Assembly: GCA_964016885.1 (NCBI GenBank)
Contig: OZ024740.1
Coordinates: forward strand, 210,056,001 to 210,120,000
Direction of reading: 5' to 3'
DNA length: 64,000 nt
Source: Eledone cirrhosa
Taxonomy: Eukaryota
Below, in pieces: positions 53,206 to 64,000 of this stretch. Position numbers and translations under genes: made by a program. Within the stretch, counting starts at the first letter, position 1, and each line of letters starts with the position of its first letter. Below the pieces are notes generated by a model that was given only the letters and a program-made list of their open reading frames with translations, made no database searches and was not told the DNA's origin.

Positions 53206-54948
53206 TCAATTTTTTTTATCTTGTTTGAACATTGAATAGGATCTTCCGATTTCTCTGGGTGAGAGATTTATATGAGGCTTTATTCCATATCTCTCCTCCA
53301 GATCAGTCGCTATTCTAATGATTTTTCTTTTTTCATGGTCATAAACCTGGGCAAGATGGTTGCCAACCCTTTTCCTCTGTTGAAGGTGTTGCTTCAGTGT
53401 TACTATCCGGGTCTCATATGTTGTTAATATTGATTTTAGACCTCGGCCACCTTCCTTGCGTGAGAAGTATAGCCTATCCACATCACCATTGATGTTAAAG
53501 TTCCCAGTAACACTGAGAAGTTTTCGAGTTCTAACATCCATCTCACTTAGTTCTTGCAATGACCAGTTCAGTAGGCCAAATGTTGGCGTTAGAATTGGCA
53601 CAGCATAAGTATTGTGGGCAATGTATTTGTTGTATGCTGACAGTTCTGATGACCATATTTTCTTTACTCTTCTGAGGTATTCAGTTCTGGTTCTCTCCTT
53701 ATTTATGGGTCCATCATATCTGACATTCTCATCCTGTCCAAGATATCTGTAGTTGTCACCTGACTGCAGAGGTTGTATTGTCAGGCCGTTCATCTCTAGA
53801 TTTCTAGAGGAGGGCACAGCCCTTCCACGTTTTACTGCCAAATATGCACACTTGGACTCACCAAATTTCATTTTGATGTCGGTTGAAAATTGTGTAATGA
53901 GGTCCAATTGTTTCTTGATGTCATTGATATTTGGCCCATACAACTTCAGGTCATCAACAAAGAAAAGATGGGAGATACTTCTGGGCCCACTTCTTTGTCC
54001 ACCTTTTTTCCTGAGTAGGTAAGATAGTGGATTCAGTGAGAGAACGAAGAGTAGCACTGACAAGCTATCACCCTGAAAGATGCCCTTCTGGTAATGTATC
54101 TTATCAGTCTTAACCTGCTCCTTCTCACCTCTAAGGATCAAACTAGTGTACCAGTTCTTGGTCAGGCGTTCAACAGCAGCTACCAATGGTTGTGGGACTT
54201 TAGCTAACTGTAAAGCCTTAACAATCCACCCACGAGGTACACTATCAAATGCTTTTTGATAGTCCAGCCACACGACAGTCATGTTTCTGCGATTCTTTGT
54301 TGTTTTTTCCTGAATCATTTTGTTAGTTAGTAGGTGATCTATGCAACCCCACACCTCCCTCTTTCCACCAGCTTGCTCAGGTGTTATGATGTTGTTGGTA
54401 GCACAGTGATCCTGTAAGAACAGGTTAAGGCACCCAGTATATAATTTATACATGATGTTTTGGCAGGCTATTGGGCGGTAATTTTTAGCAAGGGTGGTTT
54501 GGCTATTTTGGGGAATGAGGAGAGTAGAGGCAGTTGATAACCATCTGGGCAGTTCTTGTGTGCCCTTAATGGTTTCTGTAAACAGCCGTATGAGATCTTG
54601 CCGATAGAAAGTGAAATTCTTCAACCAGTATCCTGTAATGAGGTCTGGGCCTGGCGATTTCCTATTCGACATTTTCTGTAGAGCTGTTTCCAGTATTGAC
54701 CCATCTATGTCATATTGTTTTGTCTGGACATGTTGGCAGTAGTCCTGTTCCAGTTCTTTCAGCCAATTAGCTTGTCTGTTGAATCCGTCATCCGTTTCCC
54801 ATACAGATCTCCAGTAGCTCTCAACCTGTTCTTTTGAAGGGGTGTCATTTACAGAGATTGAGCTTTTGCCACCGAAGCTGCGATAAACTGATTTAGGATC
54901 TCTGGCAAACAATCTATTTAGCACTTGTCGTTTATGTGCTGTTGACTT
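53206..54948 (-). CDS. R4/Dong reverse transcriptase domain (partial)
   Basis: KSPGPD, NYRPI, WLDYQKAFDSV, GIFQGDSLS, FFVDD, YRYLG, GGRGL. Confidence 0.85.
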   Translation of the reverse strand, partial: KSTAHKRQVLNRLFARDPKSVYRSFGGKSSISVNDTPSKEQVESYWRSVWETDDGFNRQANWLKELEQDYCQHVQTKQYDIDGSILETALQKMSNRKSPGPDLITGYWLKNFTFYRQDLIRLFTETIKGTQELPRWLSTASTLLIPQNSQTTLAKNYRPIACQNIMYKLYTGCLNLFLQDHCATNNIITPEQAGGKREVWGCIDHLLTNKMIQEKTTKNRRNMTVVWLDYQKAFDSVPRGWIVKALQLAKVPQPLVAAVERLTKNWYTSLILRGEKEQVKTDKIHYQKGIFQGDSLSVLLFVLSLNPLSYLLRKKGGQRSGPRSISHLFFVDDLKLYGPNINDIKKQLDLITQFSTDIKMKFGESKCAYLAVKRGRAVPSSRNLEMNGLTIQPLQSGDNYRYLGQDENVRYDGPINKERTRTEYLRRVKKIWSSELSAYNKYIAHNTYAVPILTPTFGLLNWSLQELSEMDVRTRKLLSVTGNFNINGDVDRLYFSRKEGGRGLKSILTTYETRIVTLKQHLQQRKRVGNHLAQVYDHEKRKIIRIATDLEERYGIKPHINLSPREIGRSYSMFKQDKKN

Positions 54949-55035
54949 ATGTGTATGTATGTATGTATGTATGTATGTATGTATGTATGTATGTATGTAT
55001 GTATGTATGTATGTATGTATGTATGTATGTATGTA

Positions 55036-55666
55036 TGTCATGTCACCAGTTGGTGCTACTGGTAACATGTATCCCAGTAGAACCTGTATCATGGTCGGGT
55101 AGAACCTGTATCATAGTCGGGTCGTTGGCGACTAAACGGGCAACCCCACCAATGTTTCTTGGTGAGGAGGGTGACTTTGGACATCCTGCAGGACTAAAAA
55201 CAAAACCTGTCAAAGGGCAAAGGAGCTCTTAAGAGTCAATGGCCATCCAAAATCACCGGGAGAGATGACCCCTTAACCTTTGTCAAGGCAGAATTCTAGG
55301 AGAAGGAAAACTCTGATATAACACCTGCAACCCTGATGATATCCAATGATGTTGACTTGTTCTTCTTTTTGGTAAATATCATCTTGGTTAAGAGAGTGGG
55401 ACTGGCTTTGTGCAGTGCCTTTGCTCACTATAAAAGCTTCACGGCACAGGCATTGCTTTATATCTGGAGATCTCTGCACTTGTCGTCACATGGTACCATG
55501 GGCCCAGCACTATGTGTTAATAATTGTCATAAGTGTAGTGTTTGTACCAGAGTTTTCAAGTCGCTGGCTGGACTAAAAAGTCACACTCGTTCAGCGCATC
55601 GGTAGGGGTCCTCCTCAATGGATATAAAGTAGTGGCCGTACTCGAAAACGAGTTGGCAGCCACCAT
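55036..55666 (+). mobile_element. Second copy of the 610-bp element, within (TATG)n
   Basis: Matches 45190-45799; has an extra internal duplication gtagaacctgtatcat. Confidence 0.75.
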
Positions 55667-55691
55667 ATATGTATGTATGTATGTATGTATG

Positions 55692-57997
55692 TTCTTCTGG
55701 TTTTATAATTTCACAAAGTTGTACCAATAGAGAGAGTCGTTTTCTAACATAGACACAAGACTCTCTCATTGGAATTTACACAACATCAACTAGGTAGATA
55801 TGTATGTATGCATGCATGTGTAGATATGGATGTTACTGTATGTGTGGATGTGGATGTTTTGAGTTGTATGTATGCATGTGTATATGCTTTGCATCTGTAC
55901 ATGTGTATATGCAGTTATTAGATGCAAAACTTTTGGAATGTTTTACATATTTTTACTGTTCCATTAATGGATTGTACTTGTAATTTCTTAACTAGTTGTG
56001 TTCTTTCTGTTGCTGTGAAGCCTAGCTTCTCAAGATTTGTATTGAGGCAGTTACTAACATATCCCAGTGCCCCAATAATCACAGGCATAAATCTGAAGGT
56101 GTAATCAGAGTGGAGTATCTGCAGATTTCTCATCAGTTCTGCATAAATATTCTCCTTTTCACTAATCTTTGATATTATATTGGCATCTGCTGGGCAGCTA
56201 ATTTCCACTACTGTGCATGCTTTCTTCTCCCTGTCCCATATCATAATATCTGGTCTGTTATGCCTACATTTTATTGGGGGTTTTACTGGGACATTCCACC
56301 AGTACTCTTTCATATTATGTACATGGATGTCTTCCACATTGCTGTAGCTTTCAATGTGTTTATTATCGGGGCTATCTTTTTTACGAACTGCATTGTACAG
56401 TGTTTTGGCCACTACATCATGCCTCATAGGTAGATAGTACCGCGATGACATCTTTGGACAGCTGCTGATGACATGGGTGATATCCTCGATGTTAGTTCTG
56501 CAGAGTCTGCACTTGTTATCACATCTAGGTGTTTTGCCTGCATCCCTATCTCTTTTGTGAATCAGGTATTTCGTGTTAATCTCCTGTTCCTGGATTGCAA
56601 AAGCGTATCCTTCAAAGTAGGAACCAATATAGCGGTTGTTGGTCCAAGATAGACTACTTTCCTTATCTATATTACTCTCACCCTGGAGCTTCCTGGCAAC
56701 ATATCCATGCATGATTTTTTGCTGATAAGCATGCAGTTTTTCATCCATGGATTCACTGCGATACTGCTGAGCGACATCCCTGGGTGTGAGTTTTTGATTA
56801 TCACACAGGGAATATCTCTCGAAGAGTTCCTTCCCAACTCTCATGATCTCATCTGTTTCATGCAGATAGACTTGCTCTAGAAACGGGCTCATACGCTTCG
56901 AGGTTCGTAGATGTTGTCGGAGAGACATTCAAATGTTGTCTGGACTGATGTTAGGCCTCTGCCTCTCTGCTTACGTTTCAAGGAAAGGCGGTCTATGTCA
57001 CTGTTGATGTGGAAGTTTCCAGTGTTGTTCAGTATTTTTCGAGTTCCAACATCAACTGCTCGGATTTCGTCTATCGTCCAATTGAGTATTCCAAACGTTG
57101 GTGTTAGGACAGGCACAGCAAACACATTGTGAGCCACTGTTTTGTTTTGCGCAGAGAGTTCCGATGACCAGATCTTTCTTAATCGGGTGTAGTATTCCCT
57201 GGTTATGCGTTCTTTTTTACAGATACCCTTATAGGATATGTTCTCATCTATCCCCAGGTATCTGTAGCAGTCCTCATCAGATATCGGTGAAACAGTTAGG
57301 CCATTGATGACAATGTTGCTAGATTGGGTTGTTGTTTTTCCCAGCTTTACAGTCATGTATGAGCATTTATCTTGGCCAAACTCCATTCCTATATCCTTTG
57401 AGAACGTTGTAACCAGGTAAAGCTTTTTCTTCATCCCATCCATGTTCTTGGCATAGAGTTTCAGATCGTCCACAACGAAATTATGGGTTAGGTTCGTATT
57501 TCTGTCCTCCTGTGAGCCAATGATGTATCCCTCACATTTCTTGAGCAGAAAGGACAAGGGGTTTAATGACAAGATGAATAATATCACAGAGAGACTGTCC
57601 CCCTGAAATATACCCCTGCAATATTTTATTTTATCAGTGAAAATAGAGTCCTCCCTCTCTGTCTTTAACCTTAGGATAGTAGCCCAAGAAGAAGACAGCC
57701 TCTCTATGGCTCTGACAATAATGTCTGGGACTTTAGCAAGTTGGAGGGCCTCTATCATCCAAGAGTGGGGAACAGAATCGAAAGCTTTCCTGTAGTCCAG
57801 CCAGACTGTAGTCATATTCCTCCTAAGTTGTCGCACCTCCGACATCGCAGTTTTGTTGATTAGGAGTTGTTCAGCACATCCCCAAACCCCTTTCTTTCCA
57901 GCTGCTTGTTCATCTGTGATGATGTTATTATTTTCACAGTGATCTTGGAGGAATAGGTTCAGGCAGGCTGTATACATCTTATACATCAGGTTCTGGT
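55692..57997 (-). mobile_element. R4/Dong-clade retrotransposon (copy 2, distinct subfamily) with 3' UTR
   Basis: RT (DYRKAFDSV, QGDSLS, FVVDD) 56889-57997 and CCHC/RLE 55918-56928 with frameshift near 56925; (CATA)n at both ends. Confidence 0.9.
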
Positions 57998-58222
57998 TAT
58001 GTATGTATGTATGTATGTATGTATGTATGTATGTATGTATGTATGTATGTATGTATGTATGTGTGTGCATAAGTATATATTTATGTATATATGTGTGTAT
58101 ATATGTGTGTATGTATGTGTGTATGTATATATGCATGTATTAACATACATATGCATTCAGACACAAATACTCAGATATACATTCAAACACACACACACAC
58201 ATACACACACATATGAAGAATG

Positions 58223-58253
<31 letters not shown>

Positions 58254-58500
58254 ATATATATATATATGAATTTATGTATATAGAGAGTGAGGAGGAGAGG
58301 GACGTCTATAGCATCATATTACACAATTCTGTCAAGAATTTCCAGTCTTTGTATTGTGTCTTAAAATAGTATCTTTCCAGAAATACATTGTTTTGTGTTC
58401 CTGACACTTTTTATTCATCTCTGTTTCATTTCAAAGTCATAATCAGCAAACGTTGTATGAACACGCATTGTACCTTCAATTTCTTCAGTAAATATATATA

Positions 58501-59197
58501 CAGTATACTCCGGCATTCGCGGTCCTGGTTATTCGCTGAATTTTCCTTAGAACCTGACTAATAATTGTTCGTTGAAACCACTGTATATTCGCGGAATCGT
58601 AAAATCTTCCGCGATTTTTTAAATGTTTTTTTCGTGGCAATATATATATTTTTAACACTAAATTATTAATGTATAAATAGGGAGATACAAAGCAGGCTTT
58701 GTTTAGAAACGGCTAGCGAATTTGAAAATTAGGTAGTAACATGTGCTTACGCCGTATTTGACTAAATAGAATTAGTCTGTTAGTTGAGATTTAAAAAAAA
58801 CCCCTCTGAATGGAAAAAAGGATGAGTATTGACGTACATGTGTAAAGGTAACGCACTGGACCGGAAAAACCAAAGATGTGGGATCGTGACTCATGTATGT
58901 CAATAATCATCCTTTTTTCCATTCAGAGGGTTTTTAAAAGTCCCAAATAACAGATTAATTCTATTTAGTCAAATACGGCGTAAGCACATGTTACTACCTA
59001 ATTTACTAAATTATTAATAACAATATACCGTATTTGCCGGTCTATTGGACATCGCTGCGCATAAGACGCTTCCTCTATTTTTTAATTATATTTTGACGTT
59101 TATAGGCATTTTTAAGGACCACGTCCAATATTCGCGGATTTTCACTCTTCGCGGGTGCTTTAGGAACGTAACCCCCGCGAATACAGGGGAACAACTA
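58501..59197. mobile_element. pogo/Tigger-like non-autonomous DNA transposon with nested insertions
   Basis: cagtatactccggcattcgcgg ... ccgcgaatacaggggaacaacta imperfect TIRs; repeated attcgcgg. Confidence 0.55.
58727..59003. repeat. Fold-back element (about 113-bp arms)
   Basis: 58727-58840 vs 58892-59003; diverged single-arm homolog at about 24915-25090. Confidence 0.85.
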
Positions 59198-59690
59198 TTT
59201 TTAAAAATAAATTTCTCTTTTATTTTTATCGGAATTTTCTTTCAATTTAATATAGAAGATTCATAAAATTTGGCTGCATTGTATAGACTAAAGAAGAAAC
59301 ATAAAGTTATATATTTGCTGGCAGAAGACATTTTTATATTTATAATTATTTAAAAAAATAATGTTCCCAGAGGTTATTTGTTTGCATCTGTTTTGCATAA
59401 AATTGTGAGATTGAAATGTTTCCAACACAATTCTTATTTTATAATATTATATATGTATATATATATATATATATACACTCTGTCATTTCAGGAATTCTAT
59501 TATAACTATATCATTTACTGTTTCTTTTACCTTGCTATAACTCAACTCATATTTGAAATATTTCGTATCTCTTTTACATATGTTTTGTATTACATTTATT
59601 CGAGAATGAATTTAGTTGAAATCTGAAAGAACTGAAAGTCAGGACCTATGTAAACATAGATACATGTACACTCTCTCTTACACTCACACG

Positions 59691-59834
<144 letters not shown>

Positions 59835-59941
59835 ACACACATATATTCTCTTCGTTTTGGCGGTTGTGAGAATGAGTAGTTAATGCCATAGCATAGATTA
59901 ATATTTTCACCTGTGTGTGTATATAAATATATATATGTGTA

Positions 59942-59976
<35 letters not shown>

Positions 59977-60565
59977 GAATAAAATTAGTCCTTCATCAGT
60001 GATCTTCCAACCGTCATTGGTATTTCTTCGCATTAAAGATCATATACCTCTGGTTGGTGCGAGCAGAGAGTGAGTGAGTGAAAGGGCGAGGAAGAGGCCA
60101 GCTGAGAGAGAGTGACTGGCTATACCTCTGGTTGGTGCGAGCAATAATTAAAAAAGTTATTGGGACACGTAAAATAGGGTGAAGCGAGCGAGACATGTAA
60201 ACACATGTATGTTGTTATCCCATATATATATATAAATATATATATATATGGGATAACAAATTGTCGTTATAGGTAATCCAGTTAGAAGTTGTGAATACTC
60301 CGTATTATGGATAGTTTTAGCGTACGGCGTTGTTTGACTCAACAAGAGGTTTCCTTAGGTAGCGAGTTTTTGAGTTTTCGGGAGTTCCTATGCAAGTTAA
60401 TCTTGGAGTTTTTCTGATGATTTGGTTAAGAATGTATTGTATTTAAAATTGAGTGACACAACTTCAAGTGATTAGCAATTTTTAGACAACTTAATGAATG
60501 AAACAATTGTTAACACTGTAAATATAACCCTTTTTGTACTGTTGACCATGTTATTCTTCACTCTT

Positions 60566-60612
<47 letters not shown>

Positions 60613-60867
60613 GTATATGTGTTTGTGTGTGTATTTGTGCGTGTGTGTAAAAAGTAAATGTTGTAATGGTGTAGGGCCTAAAACCATTGCACTGCTAGAG
60701 TCGTTGAAAAGAAAACACACACATGCACACACATATATATATATACACACACGCACGCATACCCACACACACTCTCTCTTACATACACAGACTCAAACAC
60801 ACATTCAAACACAAGACAGCTACACTTGTCTATCTACTTGTAATATTTGCTGGTAATACTTGCATAT

Positions 60868-61250
60868 ATTTCGTCACGCCGAGGTTAACTTTGCCTTTCA
60901 TCCTTACAGGGTCAACAAAATAAAGTACCAGTAACGCACTGGGGTCGATTTAATCAACTTTTCCCTTCCCCCTAAAAAAATTGTTGGTCTTGTGCTTAAA
61001 TCAGAAACCATTATTTAACTTCAGGTGAGAGCGGTGGATTAGCAGAATCAGTAGAGCATCGGGAATCACGCTTTGTGGCATAGAGTTGCGTTCCATTAAG
61101 TCCTGATTTCAAATTCCGCTGAGGTTAGCTTTTTCTTTCATCTTTACGGCGTCGATAAAATAAAGTACCAGGAATGCACTGGGGTCGATTTAACCGACTT
61201 CCCCTCCCCTGAAATTGTTGGCCTTCTGCCTAAATCAGAAACCATTATTT
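60868..61250 (+). mobile_element. Two tandem Nin/Deu SINE copies
   Basis: Match consensus; both end aaatcagaaaccattattta..ttcaggt. Confidence 0.8.
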
Positions 61251-61575
61251 AGTTTCAGGTAAACAGATCTATGGTCAAAGATGTATGGTCAAAGATGTAT
61301 GGTCAAAGATCGATGGTCAAAGATCTATGATCTATGGTCAAATATGTTTCCAGGTTCACTTTAATGAAACACACCAATCATTTCGTCTTGTCCCCAATTA
61401 CAGTGCAGCGAGAACCACATTATTCAAAATGTTTTTCTTTTCTAAGACGGTAGATTATGATGTGAGGGAGATTTGACTCCTTTTTCTAGTGCGTCAAGCG
61501 ACAATATAAAGGTTTCTTCGTCAGCTCGTTGGCCAGTTCCAGAAGAGGATTCAAATTAAGATCAGTTTTATCTTG

Positions 61576-61775
61576 NNNNNNNNNNNNNNNNNNNNNNNNN
61601 NNNNNNNNNNNNNNNNNNNNNNNNNNNNNNNNNNNNNNNNNNNNNNNNNNNNNNNNNNNNNNNNNNNNNNNNNNNNNNNNNNNNNNNNNNNNNNNNNNNN
61701 NNNNNNNNNNNNNNNNNNNNNNNNNNNNNNNNNNNNNNNNNNNNNNNNNNNNNNNNNNNNNNNNNNNNNNNNNNN
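61576..61775. other. Assembly gap (200 N)
   Basis: Run of N. Confidence 1.
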
Positions 61776-62288
61776 TGATACGAAAGAGATAAGAAAAAGT
61801 AAGCATGGATTCTTTGTACGTACAACAATTGCAACACACTTGATAACATCAGTGACTATTCTCATTAAGGCGGCAAAGAATGATGGATTGGAACGACAGG
61901 CACATGCTTAGCAGCATTTGTTCCGGCGGGGGTCAACTTTATGTTTTCATCCTTCAGGGGTCAATAAAATAAAGTACCAGTCAAATACTTTCTCTTTCCC
62001 ATAATTTGTTGGCTTGGGCCAATGGTAAAAAAATTATTAAGGTGATGAGCAGAAATCGGAAGATACCTCAGCGTTAATTTTAATCTCTTATAGATTTGAA
62101 TTTTAATTCCATCGCGATTGGAAGATTTTTTTTCTGTCTATCCTTTTGAGGTTGCTGCTGTTGTTTAATCCCAGGATGAAAAGAAGTGTGATCAAAGTCG
62201 TAACTTCTCTGTCTTCTTTTGAAACATAGCATATTTATTGCACTGGATAATATAGTTCTGGAGAGAGAAAAAGTGTGTCCGTGTGTGC

Positions 62289-62439
<151 letters not shown>

Positions 62440-62534
62440 TGAGAGAGAGAGAGAGAAGAGTTTTTTTCACAATACCTCGATATCTTAATCTAACTATATT
62501 TTTCAACATATAAATATTTACCTAGTTTAGATCA

Positions 62535-62830
62535 GGAACTCGCTCCAAGTAGAGCCGCTCCTTCTCTGATTTGAGAGATCACAGCTCTAATATTACGGAC
62601 ATGTGGTCAGAATGTCTAAGGAAAAAATTTCTGGACAGATTTTAGGACCAAATCTAACCGACAGGAAACACAGTGGTAATCCCCGAGCAAGATGCTGGCT
62701 GACATCCATGAGCTCGATTGGTCTCACTTGGAGAGTCAGCCGGATAAATTGGAGACGGTTGTTTCTGATAGGACCCACTGGAAGGCGTGTGGGAGGACTC
62801 TGCCTCCACGACCATCCCATGAATAAAATT
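62535..62830 (+). mobile_element. RTE-clade LINE 3' fragment
   Basis: LQVEPLLL..ERSQL.YYGHVVRM...G.PRAR; ends ctgcctccacgacc like the 10180 and 22110 copies. Confidence 0.7.
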
Positions 62831-63451
62831 ACAGTACTTAGATACGGTATATTCAACCCCTTTTGGACAAATATCTTGCCATAGTTGTAAGTGAAACTGG
62901 GTAGACGGTAACTATGACAGCCCATAGGAGGGATTGCAGCTGCAATTTAAAGTTGCAGTCTTGTCACATATTGTATTGCACTAATTTGACTTTGGAGTTC
63001 CGTTAAGGTACACGTATCTGTGGAATACTCAACCAATTAGAAGTTAATTAAACGAACTGGGCGTTCGGTTGATTAAATAATCAAATGCTCATCGTCGAAA
63101 CCGCTGGAAGATCATCATCATCTCCATGGCTTGGAAAGGAATAGGTTTGACTCGGTTGATATAGGCGAGGTACATTAGATGAGACGGGTTAGTGAGTGCA
63201 TAGCCAACGAGCGAATATTTACGCGCTCATCCGAACAACTAGAAATAGCAACCAAATTTCCTTCTTAAAAGCGGAAGGATACATCGCATAATATGGTCTT
63301 TATATGATGGTCATGGCTGGAACGTTTTTGATCATGGGTTTGTTAACATCAAAGGAATTCTGTCTATAAAAACAGAATCGAGTCCAGCTGGAGAAAGAAA
63401 TTTAGTTTAGAGAAGTTGCTGTCACAACAGGGCACTAGCTACATATAGTAA

Positions 63452-63593
<142 letters not shown>

Positions 63594-64000
63594 TAGCTTA
63601 ATATCAGCTAACATACTTTCAAAATAAAAAATTCGAGTGAGAGAGAGAGAGGGGGGGGGGGGAGAAGTTTGAAACACATACACATCCTCACAAATATGGA
63701 AGAAAGGGTGTCTTGTTTTTCTCCCTAGCCCCTGTTCTGACATACTATCTAAACCACCACCCCACCACTTCATTCAGTTAATATTTACCAGCTGACTGCT
63801 CCAACACTAAAGTGTATTTGTTCTCTCCATAGACATCTAGTGATTGATTCTGACCAATTCTGATGTTCTGAAGTCTCGTAGACCAGGCATGTGGCCCTTT
63901 ACAAGCACACCTGCGCCCGCACAAAGGTTTTTACAGCGCGAGCATGTTTTATCTTCGTAATATAAAATAAAAAAAAATTAGCTGTAATGTGCACAATTAG

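Larger units (their letters stand above)
52407..54948 (-). mobile_element. R4/Dong-clade non-LTR retrotransposon, 5'-truncated (copy 1)
   Basis: RT followed by CCHC and PD-(D/E)xK endonuclease; one frameshift in a T-run near 53210; begins in (CATA)n. Confidence 0.9.

Noticed and set aside
54949-55092. N-terminal extensions of the 628-aa and 415-aa RT ORFs
   Set aside because: Read-through of (CATA)n and a neighbouring element; not part of the RT
61264-61345. Short tandem repeats (14-mer here; about 23-mer at 48266-48336) as a CRISPR-like array
   Set aside because: No spacers, eukaryotic context; ordinary minisatellites
61486-61911. ORFs spanning X runs
   Set aside because: Artefacts of the N gap

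Overview
AT-rich, microsatellite-dense eukaryotic repeat DNA, most consistent with an Octopus/coleoid cephalopod genome (inferred from the SINE families and the (TA)n/(CA)n/(CATA)n load). I cannot support any host protein-coding gene; most ORF-track entries are microsatellite translations. Recognisable content: about 30 tRNA-headed Nin/Deu-domain SINE copies plus other SINEs; truncated Tx1/L1, R4/Dong, RTE and CR1/L2-like LINEs; a Penelope-like (PLE) fragment with an open GIY-YIG frame absent from the ORF track (23839-24303); several DNA-transposon MITEs; a full-length degenerate U6 copy; and a 200-N gap. The most striking signal is a dense set of short, non-coding fold-back elements, mostly embedded in (TA)n arrays. 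These and neighbouring repeat segments carry type-I hammerhead ribozyme motifs (about 7 structurally complete, several partial), with palindromic stem III, unusually variable stem II and some shared terminal motifs. Retroelement classes also appear to partition by microsatellite type: PLE/HHR in (TA)n, Dong/R4 in (CATA)n, Tx1 in (CTAT)n. All structures were folded by eye and coordinates of degenerate repeats are approximate.
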